Assembly (NCBI GenBank): GCA_045105515.1
Contig: JBGCDR010000181.1
Location: 35,501-99,500, forward strand
Direction: 5' to 3'
DNA from: Oligoflexales bacterium
Lineage (GTDB): Bacteria > Bdellovibrionota_B > Oligoflexia > Oligoflexales > Bog-1112
Length of the DNA stretch: 64,000 nucleotides
Position 1 is the first letter of the stretch. Every line of letters starts with the position of its first letter. The notes beneath the pieces are model-generated. The model was not told where the DNA came from. It saw nothing but the letters and a program-made list of their open reading frames with translations, and made no database searches. Shown here piece after piece: positions 9,964 through 22,447 of this stretch. Made by a program: the position numbers and the translations under genes.

Positions 9964-11247
9964 ATGAAGATTTTTTTTATTTTTTTGGTTTTTATGCTAA
10001 GTGCTTGCACGATCTTTATTGGCAAAAGGCAATCATTGTGGACCGAGTTAGACAAAACCGAAACAGTTTCCTGTGAGAGCATATCCCCCCCACTCAATCA
10101 CATTGGACTTATGGATGTGATGCTGATCAAAGATAGAAACAGTTCTTCTTTTCTTTTAAAATCAAAATCTCGTTTAAATGAAAACAAATTTTTCACCTAT
10201 AAAATCCCAACAGATGGGAGTATTAATGAAGAGCTCTTCGTACCCGTAAGTTTAAACCCAGAGTCTGAGTGGGCAGGCTCTGGAAAGGGTATATGGGGAA
10301 TGTATGAAAGTACCCTAGAAAATGAAGCACAAAACAAGACCGAGAAGGTACATCTCAAACTTTATTCCGTTAGCAATAATAGGAAATCTGCTAAGAAATT
10401 AGCACCAATTACTCTTAATAGCAATCCTGACAAGATTTTTCTCAAAGAAAGTAGACAGGGACTTTGGTTGGTAGATCAAAAAGATTCGAAATTTAATCTA
10501 CACAATCTTGAATTAGAGACAAATACTGAAAAATATTCAACCCTAAAAATGCAAACAAGTTTCTATGCTAAGCCAAGTCCTTTCACAATCAGATCCGAGG
10601 ATAATGAATATGCTATTTTTCTAGAAGAAACAGGGGGTGACCTCATTGCTGAGGAAGCTGAAGAAGGAGAAATCAACATAGAAGAGTATTTAGAGGCTGA
10701 TGACTTAACAACTCCATCCATAAACCTGGAAACAAATCCAATCACCAATACCTTCAAACTTCAAGCTCTCAACTCCCAGGATGCAACAACGCTCGAGTTA
10801 CCCACCAAACAAGGTATAGAAAATTGGAGTATCCATCCTCATAACTCTGGTTTTTACCTAGCGTACCTTGAAGGGGATTCTTTGATTGGACAAGCGAAAC
10901 TACATATAGCAAATTATCTAATCTCCAATAGTAAACAAGAGCTGGTTTGGTTCAAAACCTTTCCTATGAACCATATTCATGTTGGAGATATTGAATGGAT
11001 AGACCTCAAAAACGGTAAAGTCCAGCTTCATTTTCTTAAATGGTTAGATGGAGAGGCCACCTTGGCTTCTTTTAACCTTGCGCAGACCGAGGTTAATCCT
11101 ATAGAAAATAAAGGTGTCTTTCCAAGTGGAAGTACCTTGATGGGAGTTTTTGCTCCCAAAACGGATAACGATTTATACTATGCCCTGATTCGTTACAGTA
11201 GTGGAGCCTTTTGGCAATTTGACGTATGTCAGCTATACAATGACTGA
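9964..11247 (+). CDS. Hypothetical lipoprotein, beta-rich
   Basis: Signal peptide with MLSAC lipobox; 427-aa ORF. Confidence 0.65.
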   Translation: MKIFFIFLVFMLSACTIFIGKRQSLWTELDKTETVSCESISPPLNHIGLMDVMLIKDRNSSSFLLKSKSRLNENKFFTYKIPTDGSINEELFVPVSLNPESEWAGSGKGIWGMYESTLENEAQNKTEKVHLKLYSVSNNRKSAKKLAPITLNSNPDKIFLKESRQGLWLVDQKDSKFNLHNLELETNTEKYSTLKMQTSFYAKPSPFTIRSEDNEYAIFLEETGGDLIAEEAEEGEINIEEYLEADDLTTPSINLETNPITNTFKLQALNSQDATTLELPTKQGIENWSIHPHNSGFYLAYLEGDSLIGQAKLHIANYLISNSKQELVWFKTFPMNHIHVGDIEWIDLKNGKVQLHFLKWLDGEATLASFNLAQTEVNPIENKGVFPSGSTLMGVFAPKTDNDLYYALIRYSSGAFWQFDVCQLYND

Positions 11248-11270
11248 GGGGCCAGCTAAGGATTAGAGAA

Positions 11271-12179
11271 ATGGGATCTTACTCACCCGAAGAGAGGCTC
11301 GCCAGCCTCAATTTTTTAAGTAGCTCAGTTTTTTTTTTCAAAGATATCAAATTAGTACATAGTGTTTTTGCTCTCCCCTTTGCTGCAGTTGCCATGCTAA
11401 TGATACCGCTACCTGATAATTTGCTGCAGATTTCTCCATATTTGCTGGTTTGTATGATTACAGCAAGAAGCTTCGCCATGGGCATGAACAGATATCTGGA
11501 TCGCCATATCGATAAGTTAAATCCGAGGACAGCAGATCGCCTAATCGCAAATGGCACTCTAAGCCCCAAGTTTGGTCTCATGTGGAGCCTGCTTATGGGT
11601 TTGAGCTTCACGATATCTTCGTTTTTGATATCTACCTCGGTAGGCTTTTTAAGTCTACCTCTACTGCTCATTCTTGCAGCATATTCTCTTATGAAGAAAA
11701 TTACATGCTTGACTCATTGGTACCTTGGTTTTTGCCTAGGCCTGGCACCAGTAGCAGTGTGTGTGGCTCTTTCTGGAACTGTAACAATACCGGTCATACT
11801 GATTGGAGTTGCCGTTATGATGTGGACAGCCGGCTTTGATATTCTTTATTCTCTTCAAGATCATAGTTTTGATCTGAATGAAAATTTGCATAGCATTCCT
11901 TCGAAATTTGGCACTAGTGCAGCAGTTTACATAAGCAGGATTTCTTTTTTAGTGATGCTATTGAGCCTCACCCTCTGCGGTATTGAGGCTGAATTTGGCA
12001 CAACTTATTTTCTAGGTTTGGGAGTCATAGCTTTATTCTTAACATATGAACATTGGCTCGTTCGTGATGTACTACAATTTGGACATTCGAAGAATATCAA
12101 TAAAGCCTTCTTTAATGTCAATGCTTGGGTAGGCATTTTGTTTTTCATAGTCGTGCAGCTTGATCGATTTTTAACCTAG
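11271..12179 (+). CDS. UbiA-family prenyltransferase (MqnP-like, menaquinone futalosine-type)
   Basis: HSVFALPFA, ARSFAMGMNRYLDRHIDKLNPRT, WTAGFDILYSLQD, AFFNVN. Confidence 0.9.
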   Translation: MGSYSPEERLASLNFLSSSVFFFKDIKLVHSVFALPFAAVAMLMIPLPDNLLQISPYLLVCMITARSFAMGMNRYLDRHIDKLNPRTADRLIANGTLSPKFGLMWSLLMGLSFTISSFLISTSVGFLSLPLLLILAAYSLMKKITCLTHWYLGFCLGLAPVAVCVALSGTVTIPVILIGVAVMMWTAGFDILYSLQDHSFDLNENLHSIPSKFGTSAAVYISRISFLVMLLSLTLCGIEAEFGTTYFLGLGVIALFLTYEHWLVRDVLQFGHSKNINKAFFNVNAWVGILFFIVVQLDRFLT

Positions 12180-12388
12180 AACGATCATGCCTATAATTCT
12201 TCTCAATTAATTACCAGAAAAAACTTCCCAGTTATAAAAGGTCTAAACAACTAAAAGTCTTATCATTATACCAAAATAATGGATTCTTTTTACCTCCGAA
12301 AAATTCACCTATTGAGCAATCAAGCAGATCGCGATAATTTTAATCCTAGGAAACTTACTCCATTCCTAACTATTCAGGCTACGACTAA

Positions 12389-13066
12389 ATGCCAACTGTA
12401 TGGATCTGTGAAAAAATTAAATCCTGGGAACGATCTCTTATCGCAATGCTTTGTTGTAAGTATCCGGTCTTCCTTGTAGATGAGCTAGAAAAACTTATTG
12501 AAGGATTTGCTTTAAGACAAAATCAAGACCTCAAAGGGCACCTCATTATCGATCTAGACTCCTTCGACATCACTTTAAAATGCCTAAGAACACTTATATC
12601 TCCTTTAAAACCAACTGGTTCAACAATTATTCTATCTAAGGAATTTCAAGCTCAGGAAAAGCTTAACACCCCAATATTTTCTGAAAAACCTGAATACCTC
12701 GTAAACACTCTAAATTCTGAAATTGTTCTTACCAGGCTAATAGGAAAATCCACAAGTTCAGAAGCTTCAAATAACGGCTCTATAAGGTATAAAACGATTG
12801 AATTTTCGTTTGAAAAAATGTTTTTGAGATTCCTACCTGATGGAGAGCCAGAAAGTCTACCGCTAAAAGAAGCTAGACTCCTGAGAGTATTGCTTCAAGA
12901 TCCAACAAAGATTTGGACTAGAAACGAGCTTCAACAGGCTGTTTGGGATCGTCTAAAAGTATCTCCTCGTACCATTGATAGTCACATTTCACGGCTGAGA
13001 AAAAAGCTCCACTATTCTGGAATAAACATCGAATCTAAATATGGTGGTGGATATACAATCACTTAG
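12389..13066 (+). CDS. OmpR/PhoB-type winged-helix regulator with degenerate receiver domain
   Basis: C-terminal KEARLLRVL..TRNELQQAVW..RTIDSHISRLRKKL..GGGY. Confidence 0.8.
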   Translation: MPTVWICEKIKSWERSLIAMLCCKYPVFLVDELEKLIEGFALRQNQDLKGHLIIDLDSFDITLKCLRTLISPLKPTGSTIILSKEFQAQEKLNTPIFSEKPEYLVNTLNSEIVLTRLIGKSTSSEASNNGSIRYKTIEFSFEKMFLRFLPDGEPESLPLKEARLLRVLLQDPTKIWTRNELQQAVWDRLKVSPRTIDSHISRLRKKLHYSGINIESKYGGGYTIT

Positions 13067-13128
13067 TGTGCACTGCAAAGAAACTATGATAATAATAGGC
13101 TATCATAATTAGTCATCTTCGTAGGTCT

Positions 13129-14535
13129 TTGTATATGCTTTATTTCAGACACCTCATTTTTTTTGTCTCCATACAAATACTAGGACTAACTCCATTACCT
13201 TGTTTAGCAAGTCAGGAACTAGACTGGCTCGCTTTCGGCGATATACGCGGCAACATAGAAACATGCGGATGTGACCCAAGAACTGATCTAGGGGGAATTG
13301 AGCGCATTGCGAGTTTAATCGCCCGAGAACGAGCAGTAAATCCTCATATATTAATATTGGATCTCGGCAACAACTTTCACAAAAACGAAGCCATCAAATC
13401 TAAATACTTGGCCCATGGATTAACCCAAATTGGTGCAAGTGCTTCTTTAGTGAACCACGCAGAACTACAAATTAATCCTAGCTTGTGGGGTGATAGGTCA
13501 TTTGTGATTGGTAACTTAAATAAAAAACACAGAGCTTACTCGCAAACCAAACCTTTCATAGTGCATAATAATATTCTCATACTAGGTTATCACTGGGATG
13601 AGGATCATAAAGAATTTCTTGGCCGCTGGAACAAGCATCTATCAAAAACTTACAAAGAATATCTTGATAAATTTCCTAAGCACCAGAAGGTTCTTTTATT
13701 TAGTGGACCTATTTCTGACCTTCACAAAATTGCAACTACTAATTGGTTTAACCTTATAATTAGCAGCAATACAAAGCATGAAGATGAAAAACCGGGTTTT
13801 GAAGAAAAAGAAAATCCAGATAGGCTGCTTAGGTTTGAAAAGCCTTTTGTACGTATGGTCCCGCTTGGAGGTATCGGAGTTTTAAGAGGTGGCAAACTCA
13901 TGCAAAAAGAAGCACCTTCTCTTGCTAAGCTATTTGAATCTTCCTCTGATATGAGTTCTACAGGCTCAGAACTCTCCTTTGGACATAAATTGAATTCAGT
14001 TCCATCTGAAAATTCAGCGCTGAACTCTGTTACTGTTTCATGGTTAGACTACACATTCGACGAGGGTTCACCTCTTAATAACCTTATGCAAGCTTATAAT
14101 GCAGAAACTAAGGAGGTTTTTGAAAAAATTGCTAAATCACGATTAAAAGACCTTCAAAACACGTCTTTTATCGGTGCTAACGCATGTAAAACATGCCATC
14201 CCAAAGCCTTTAAAACATGGGATAAATCAAATCATGCTCATGCTTATGACACTTTGGAAAACGCGGGAAAAGACAAAGACCCTGAATGTGTTTCATGTCA
14301 CGTCCTAGGATTTTCAGAAAAGGGGGGATTTATTTCAAAAAAAGAAAGCCCGCAGTTTGCACATGTCCAATGTGAAAATTGCCATGGCCCAGGCAAAGCT
14401 CACGCTCAAAATCCAAATCAACCCCCAAGCAGTAATCAAGCAAAAAACATCTGTGTCAGCTGTCATCACGTCCCCCACTCTTCAAACTTCGTCTTTGACT
14501 CTTACTGGAAAAAAATTCAGCATGGGCAAAAATAG
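13129..14535 (+). CDS. Secreted multiheme cytochrome c with N-terminal UshA/5'-nucleotidase-like domain
   Basis: Four CxxCH motifs (CKTCH, CVSCH, CENCH, CVSCH); N-terminal GDIRGNIETCGC..GGIERIA..LDLGN. Confidence 0.85.
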   Translation: MYMLYFRHLIFFVSIQILGLTPLPCLASQELDWLAFGDIRGNIETCGCDPRTDLGGIERIASLIARERAVNPHILILDLGNNFHKNEAIKSKYLAHGLTQIGASASLVNHAELQINPSLWGDRSFVIGNLNKKHRAYSQTKPFIVHNNILILGYHWDEDHKEFLGRWNKHLSKTYKEYLDKFPKHQKVLLFSGPISDLHKIATTNWFNLIISSNTKHEDEKPGFEEKENPDRLLRFEKPFVRMVPLGGIGVLRGGKLMQKEAPSLAKLFESSSDMSSTGSELSFGHKLNSVPSENSALNSVTVSWLDYTFDEGSPLNNLMQAYNAETKEVFEKIAKSRLKDLQNTSFIGANACKTCHPKAFKTWDKSNHAHAYDTLENAGKDKDPECVSCHVLGFSEKGGFISKKESPQFAHVQCENCHGPGKAHAQNPNQPPSSNQAKNICVSCHHVPHSSNFVFDSYWKKIQHGQK

Positions 14536-14590
14536 GCTAGTCAATGCTATAATATGCAAAACGTCTTAAATTAATCTAGTAGGACTACGA

Positions 14591-15520
14591 ATGCCACATC
14601 CCCTCAGTAGAAGAATGGCAGTAAGAATGATTCCATTTGGATTGGTAATTGGGACATGTACAGTCCTTCTCCAATGTTTAAACAATAAGAAAAAGAAAAA
14701 CGATCAAACAGGCGAAGAACTTGAAGAAGGATCAGGTACACCTACCTTCGAACAAGAAAACCCTAAAGAAGAGTTAAAAAAAGAAGACTCCAGTAACAAG
14801 CAAAAAGACAATACACCGAATGTTTTCCAAACTACGAAGCCAAATTGTATTGATGGATCAAACCAAATTGCAATAGATAAAGTACAAGATGCAGAAGAAG
14901 CCTTTGATCCGATCATAAAACTATTCGGGCTCGAAAGTAATGCGATGATAGTAATCGCCCTGCCTAAATACCAGCATAGTAACTTGAAGGATATTTTTTT
15001 GCTAACCAATACGGGGACACTACTAGCTCATAAAGGTATTGGCCAACTCAGTGATATTGATGTAGATAAGACCTTAAAACCCGTCGTATTTGACAACATA
15101 TTCATTGGAAACCATCGACGATTTGCACTTCTTTATCAGACTATAGACAACTTGTATTCAAAACATGTCCTGGGAAAATCCATTCAGTTTGAAACAAATT
15201 TTAATGGAAAGAAAGTCTATGGGCTCACTCCAGTGTCAGTACCAACTCAAGACTATTTCAAATCATATATTAACAACATTGTAGAGCCAATCAAAGAACA
15301 GTTTGATTATCAGCAGGATCAAAATATCCCTATTTTTGCAGGCCTTGATACCAAATTCCATCCTTTAACCTTAGATAAGAATAGCCTAATTACTGACCTA
15401 ATTGGCACGAGCTTGAATACCACAAATGGAGAATTCAAGGATTTCGGTCGGCATAATATGTTTATTCATTACAAATTGGTTGAAGACTTTTATTTAAGAA
15501 CCATAATCAAGATTGTGTGA
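14591..15520 (+). CDS. Hypothetical exported protein (possible Tat/lipoprotein signal)
   Basis: SRRMAV followed by hydrophobic stretch and Cys; overlaps next ORF by 4 nt. Confidence 0.6.
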   Translation: MPHPLSRRMAVRMIPFGLVIGTCTVLLQCLNNKKKKNDQTGEELEEGSGTPTFEQENPKEELKKEDSSNKQKDNTPNVFQTTKPNCIDGSNQIAIDKVQDAEEAFDPIIKLFGLESNAMIVIALPKYQHSNLKDIFLLTNTGTLLAHKGIGQLSDIDVDKTLKPVVFDNIFIGNHRRFALLYQTIDNLYSKHVLGKSIQFETNFNGKKVYGLTPVSVPTQDYFKSYINNIVEPIKEQFDYQQDQNIPIFAGLDTKFHPLTLDKNSLITDLIGTSLNTTNGEFKDFGRHNMFIHYKLVEDFYLRTIIKIV

Positions 15521-16494
15521 GTTTCTCTATGCCTTCAATATGTAATAGAATTGTATTAGATCGAAGAAAATTTGTATCCTTAGGATCAATGCTAAGTATT
15601 TCAAATTATGTTGCGATTATTGACAAGCTATTTGCAGACAATCATTGCACTAAAATTGACATAAAAAATGATCTATCACCAATTGGTATATTTGATGAAT
15701 CAATTTTTTATTGGATCGATGGAATGCGACCTGGCTCCAGTTCGAATATTGCCTTTTATATCCATCTAAAGCAAACAAATGAGGAATACGTTGAGAGGGT
15801 AGTATTGACCAGTGCGGAAAAAAAAACCCTCGGAGCAAGATACTATGACCCAAAAGCTGCAAACTCAAAAGGCTTTGCTCCCTATATGATCTTCAATCAA
15901 ATTGATCTGAAGTTTAGTAAAAAAATATTCTTGGTGGTACAAGTAAAAACCGGCAACAGTATAAAAATTTACCGCTATACTCTCGATACTACAAAACTAT
16001 CGCAAAGTAAGCTTCACATGGAGAAGCTTCCCCTCGAACTAATGAGCGACTTTAAGGATAAACATGCGGGGCAGTGTTACTCCAGCTATCACTTTCAAGT
16101 CAAAGCTGTGCGAGAACAAATTTGCAATAATCTAGGATTAACAATGCCATGTTTTAATTCTCTTTTTCCTACACCAAAAATAAAATCTATTTCAGAAAAC
16201 TCGCAATTTAGCTTGGATGTATTAAATCGCTACCCAGATATTAGTTCAGAGAACTACATGCGCTACTTTTTTCTAACTGACCCTGTTGGTCGGCACTTGG
16301 CAATCCATAAGAGAAATTATCAGGACAATTATTCCGAACTTATCCCTCTATTTACCTTGTCGAGTGACTTCTGGAAATCAAGATGGGGTGTCGTAGCCGA
16401 AATGGTGCCCAGAATTAATGACTGCCCATACCTTTTATTATTTTCAGAAAACCCTAAGTATGGGATTTTTTACAGCCATATTTGGCTTCGTTAA
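15517..16494 (+). CDS. Hypothetical protein with twin-arginine-like signal
   Basis: DRRKFVSLG matches the Tat consensus S/T-RR-x-F-L loosely. Confidence 0.6.
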   Translation: MSFSMPSICNRIVLDRRKFVSLGSMLSISNYVAIIDKLFADNHCTKIDIKNDLSPIGIFDESIFYWIDGMRPGSSSNIAFYIHLKQTNEEYVERVVLTSAEKKTLGARYYDPKAANSKGFAPYMIFNQIDLKFSKKIFLVVQVKTGNSIKIYRYTLDTTKLSQSKLHMEKLPLELMSDFKDKHAGQCYSSYHFQVKAVREQICNNLGLTMPCFNSLFPTPKIKSISENSQFSLDVLNRYPDISSENYMRYFFLTDPVGRHLAIHKRNYQDNYSELIPLFTLSSDFWKSRWGVVAEMVPRINDCPYLLLFSENPKYGIFYSHIWLR

Positions 16495-16774
16495 GATATA
16501 AACAGAACCTCACCTGTAAAAATCAACCAAGAACTTTCATTAATCTAACAAAGTACTAAAATTAATAGTATATTTTCAAGAATTTCTAACAATAACCCCT
16601 CTATTTTGATCATAAAATATAGTGATTAGTCATTTAATATTGGTCTAATAAAGTTTTTTTTGGATCTTTTTCGCGCACATTCCGAAACATATAGTATCAA
16701 ACGGAAATACATCATATTACTAAGAACTCTCATCTTCTCTTTGCTTGAAGATGGGTATTTAGAAGGTCAAAGAA

Positions 16775-17260
16775 ATGGAAACCAACACTAACCCAATAGC
16801 AGTTAGTAACATCAAAATCTTCGAAAATGGTCTTAAAAAGCTAGTAGACGACTTCTTTTCAGATGCCAACCAATCGAAAGAAAAATTGCATACGATGGTC
16901 AATCAAATTAAACAGCTGAATACAGATAATATGTATAAGGATTGCTTTCCTAAAATTTGTAAAAATTGCAGAGAAACTTACAAATGTAAGAATGATTATA
17001 GTGAAAAGACGGTACCACTCCTCCATGAAAATGATGAAATAGGTATGTACGATCAGAAATGTGGATTTATTGAGTATGCGAACTGTAACTGTGGTACTAC
17101 CTTAGTTCTAGTACTACGAAAAATAAGAAATGACTCTAAATTCGGCAGCGAAAAGCGTAGGATTTTCAATAATTGGCTAGAAAGATTAGGCGACCAGTTC
17201 CCGCAAGTAAGGAAAAAAGATTTGAGTGAAATCCTCCGCTTCCTTTACCGGCATGTTTAA
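16775..17260 (+). CDS. Cys-rich putative metal-binding hypothetical protein
   Basis: FPKICKNCRETY ... NCNCGTTL. Confidence 0.6.
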   Translation: METNTNPIAVSNIKIFENGLKKLVDDFFSDANQSKEKLHTMVNQIKQLNTDNMYKDCFPKICKNCRETYKCKNDYSEKTVPLLHENDEIGMYDQKCGFIEYANCNCGTTLVLVLRKIRNDSKFGSEKRRIFNNWLERLGDQFPQVRKKDLSEILRFLYRHV

Positions 17261-17393
17261 TTTATTATTCTTTTTCGAATCCCTCCCTCCTCTTTTAATT
17301 AAATAGAGCATCATATACGTCTAATGCAGGAAGAAGTTTCTTATGCTACGATGGGAAAATCTGCAGGTATTTTCCACTGAAGGAGCCAACCTT

Positions 17394-18380
17394 ATGAGTA
17401 CTCGGCATTTTACGCCTTATCAAAAGATTGCTGCACTATTGCTCTCATTTGGTAAAGACATTGCTGCACAAGTTCTCAAGCAAATGAGCAAGGAAGAGGT
17501 AAAGAAAGTAACTAGAGCTTTGCAAGATTTAGGGCAGATCGAAAAAATTCAGATCGACGAGCTAAGCAATGAATTTTATCAAGTATTGCAAAGTGAAGAT
17601 ATCCACTTAAAAGGAGGAAAAAGAAAGACTATAGAGCTATTAAAACATAGCTTCAAAGGTGAAAAAGGAGAATCTCTTGCCCATGAGATAGAAAACTCTA
17701 ACCCTCAACTTGAAGCAGTAAACCTTGCAACTGCCAAGGTGTTAAGTACTCTAATCAGCAACGAACACCCGCAAACAATTGCTATTGTAATTGCATTTTG
17801 TGATCCAATAAAAGCTGGGCAAGTACTTAAGTTGCTACCAGAGTCCCTTCATAGTGAAGTTTTCATGAGGATAGCAAACCTCGACACAGTTTCTGCTGAA
17901 ATAGTAGAAGAACTTGATGAAACTTTAAAAAAGCAGATTGAAGAACGCAGCCCTGGCAATCAAAGAAAAGTGGGAGGAATCGAACAAATTGTAGGGATGC
18001 TCAACAAACAAGATTCCAAGCAAAGAGAAATATTTCTAATCGGTCTAGAAGAACGAGATCCTCAGCTTGTACAAGCAGTAAGAGAGCGATTATTTACCTT
18101 CAGTCATCTACTTAAGCTATCAGATAAGGATCTACAAAGCGTTTTAAGCCACATCAATCGAGAGCGGTTAAAAGTTGCACTGGCTGGCGAAAGCAGGAAA
18201 CTAGTCGAAAAGTTTATGCTAAACATGTCTAAAAGATCTGCAGAAAGCTTGCATGAAGACCTAGAAAACCGGAAAAAATTAAGAAAATCTGAGGTGGCTC
18301 AAGCACAACAAGAAATTTTAACAAAAATTAAATTATTGGCTGATCAAGGAGTCATCTCACTTTTTGATGAAACCGTCTGA
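17394..18380 (+). CDS. fliG: Flagellar motor switch protein FliG (orphan paralogue)
   Basis: QKIAALLLSFG, EHPQTIA, GG linker, LFTF, NMSKR; AAGGAG RBS before ATG at 17394. Confidence 0.9.
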   Translation: MSTRHFTPYQKIAALLLSFGKDIAAQVLKQMSKEEVKKVTRALQDLGQIEKIQIDELSNEFYQVLQSEDIHLKGGKRKTIELLKHSFKGEKGESLAHEIENSNPQLEAVNLATAKVLSTLISNEHPQTIAIVIAFCDPIKAGQVLKLLPESLHSEVFMRIANLDTVSAEIVEELDETLKKQIEERSPGNQRKVGGIEQIVGMLNKQDSKQREIFLIGLEERDPQLVQAVRERLFTFSHLLKLSDKDLQSVLSHINRERLKVALAGESRKLVEKFMLNMSKRSAESLHEDLENRKKLRKSEVAQAQQEILTKIKLLADQGVISLFDETV

Positions 18381-18448
18381 AAGGTTTATATTTGGATTCC
18401 ACAAAACTAAATAGCTTTGGCAATTAAAACCTATCTCAGAAAAAATAC

Positions 18449-18745
18449 TTAGTTTTCTTCTGAACCAGCATCAGCTGAAGTTTGAATTTCCTTTCCGGAT
18501 TCACTAGGCAAAGAACCTCCTTTGCTCTCTTTATCCCAATCTCTTTTTGCTTGAGTATAAGAATCCCCTAACCACTTACTTACATGATCTAAGGTAGTAT
18601 GCATCCGACCTGGCTCACATTTCACCGAGAGGGTTCTGCAATTCTCGAGATAGTTCTTCTCGCCCCTAAGCGACAAAGCCACCAAAACAACCAAGGCAAT
18701 ACTTACTACCAATATAAACCAAAAAAAACTCTTAATCTTACCCAT
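18449..18745 (-). CDS. Small membrane-anchored hypothetical protein
   Basis: N-terminal TM helix; GAGGGAG RBS. Confidence 0.6.
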   Translation of the reverse strand: MGKIKSFFWFILVVSIALVVLVALSLRGEKNYLENCRTLSVKCEPGRMHTTLDHVSKWLGDSYTQAKRDWDKESKGGSLPSESGKEIQTSADAGSEEN

Positions 18746-18832
18746 TATCTCTCCCTCAAGTAAGGGGCAATCATTGCATGAGCATTACTGTCCAAGCTAT
18801 TAAATCAGTTTTTAAGGATACAAGCAAAGGCC

Positions 18833-20858
<2,026 letters not shown>

Positions 20859-20972
20859 ATCCTCCAGATTAATAATGAATTGCTACCCACAATCAGGGGA
20901 GTTCATGCTATTAAATTCTTGAAATAAGGGAAAGTTGGATGATGGCTACATCAGAATGAATGTGAGCCCAAA

Positions 20973-20999
20973 GTCATCTCGACTTTAAGGAGAGATCTC
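20973..20999. repeat. Single REP-like repeat (same family as 5255-5410)
   Basis: GTCATCTCGACTTTAAGGAGAGATCTC; reverse complement matches AGATCTCTCC..GTCGAGATGA. Confidence 0.7.
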
Positions 21000-21006
21000 A
21001 AAGCAG

Positions 21007-22422
21007 CTAAATCAAAGAGCCGGTCAACGCAGTCTTATTTGCCCCATCCACTTTGACCATGGCCAATTCACCCATTAAAGGTCTACGCGAGCGAACGCGA
21101 ATCAATCGAAAATGAGTCGTCCTTCCATAGTAAATACCGGGCTCTTTTAAGCTTTCGTAGAGAAATAACACTTCTCTGTCTTTACCTATCTCTGACTCAT
21201 TTTGAGAAATCGTAATCTCATTTTGCAATTTGTTGAGCCTGGCTAGACGCTCTGCCTTGACTGTTTCAGGAACCTGATCTTTGAACCGAATTGCTGCAGT
21301 ACCTTTACGAGGAGAATACATAAACGCATAAGAAAAGCAGAATTGCACTTTTTCAATCAGGTCTAAGGTAGCCTGGAAGTCTTCCTCTGTCTCTGAAGGA
21401 AATCCAACAATTAAATCTGTTGAAATTGCCATATCGGGAACAGCTTCTCTTAACCAAAGAACCCTTTGCAAGTATTCTTCAACAGTAACTTTACGTTTCA
21501 TAGCACCAAGGATTACGTCACTGCCACTTTGAACAGGAAGATGAAAGTAAGTTCCCAGTTTTCTTTCTTTAGCAAATAGATCAGCTAAAGGTTTTGTTAG
21601 GTCATGAGGATTAGAGGTCGTAAAGCGTAGCCGTTTGAGCTGAGAGATCGAAGCAACTTCTGCTAACAAGTCGACAAAAGGACCTGCAGATGATGGATCT
21701 ATTTGACCATTTTTCTGTAAATCTTGGCCATAGCTATTAACGTTCTGGCCTAAAAGAGTTATTTCCGAAGCTCCGTGAAGAACATGAGCCTTAGCTTTCG
21801 CATAGATAACTTTAGGAGTTTCACTCACTTCCCTTCCGCGAGTAAAAGGCACCACACAGAAGGTACAAAAATTATCACAACCTTGTTGAATGTTTACAAA
21901 GCGTGAAACTTCATTTTTTCCGAAAAGGCTTGGTGTTATGTCTACACTCTGCTGACAAGAAAGATCACCAGTAGGTAAATCGTCATATTTAGGTTTGTTA
22001 AATCCAATTGACATGGCCTGAGAACCACTATCTTGGCGCTGCTTAAGTAAACGCGGAAGCTCGTCTATCTTCCCAGGTCCCATTAGGATATCGATCGTTG
22101 GAGCCTGCTTCAGCAACTTTTTACCTTCAGCTTGAGCCACGCATCCAGCAACAGCAATCTTCAATTCTTTATTTTCTTGTTTTAGCTCCTTCAGAACTCC
22201 CAGGCGACTTACAACTTTATGTCGCGCTTTTTCCCGAATATGACAAGTATTGAGAACAATCAAGTCTGCATCCGAAGGGTCCTCGGTTAGGAGAAAGTCC
22301 TCCTTTTGCATAAGCGCCAGGATTTTTTCACTGTCAGCTACATTCATCTGACAGCCCCACGTTTCAATATGTATGCGTTTAGCTTTTGCTTTTAAAACGG
22401 AATCATCCACTGAATGACTCAT
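21007..22422 (-). CDS. miaB: tRNA 2-methylthio-N6-isopentenyl-A37 methylthiotransferase
   Basis: TWGCQMNVADS, NTCHIREKA, radical-SAM CDNFCTFC, VPFTRGRE, C-terminal TRAM. Confidence 0.96.
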   Translation of the reverse strand: MSHSVDDSVLKAKAKRIHIETWGCQMNVADSEKILALMQKEDFLLTEDPSDADLIVLNTCHIREKARHKVVSRLGVLKELKQENKELKIAVAGCVAQAEGKKLLKQAPTIDILMGPGKIDELPRLLKQRQDSGSQAMSIGFNKPKYDDLPTGDLSCQQSVDITPSLFGKNEVSRFVNIQQGCDNFCTFCVVPFTRGREVSETPKVIYAKAKAHVLHGASEITLLGQNVNSYGQDLQKNGQIDPSSAGPFVDLLAEVASISQLKRLRFTTSNPHDLTKPLADLFAKERKLGTYFHLPVQSGSDVILGAMKRKVTVEEYLQRVLWLREAVPDMAISTDLIVGFPSETEEDFQATLDLIEKVQFCFSYAFMYSPRKGTAAIRFKDQVPETVKAERLARLNKLQNEITISQNESEIGKDREVLFLYESLKEPGIYYGRTTHFRLIRVRSRRPLMGELAMVKVDGANKTALTGSLI

Positions 22423-22447
22423 GGCATCTCTTTCTAATTGGAGGAAA

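Noticed and set aside
13264..13272. Selenocysteine in the CGC motif of the cytochrome
   Set aside because: Codons are TGC GGA TGT; no in-frame TGA
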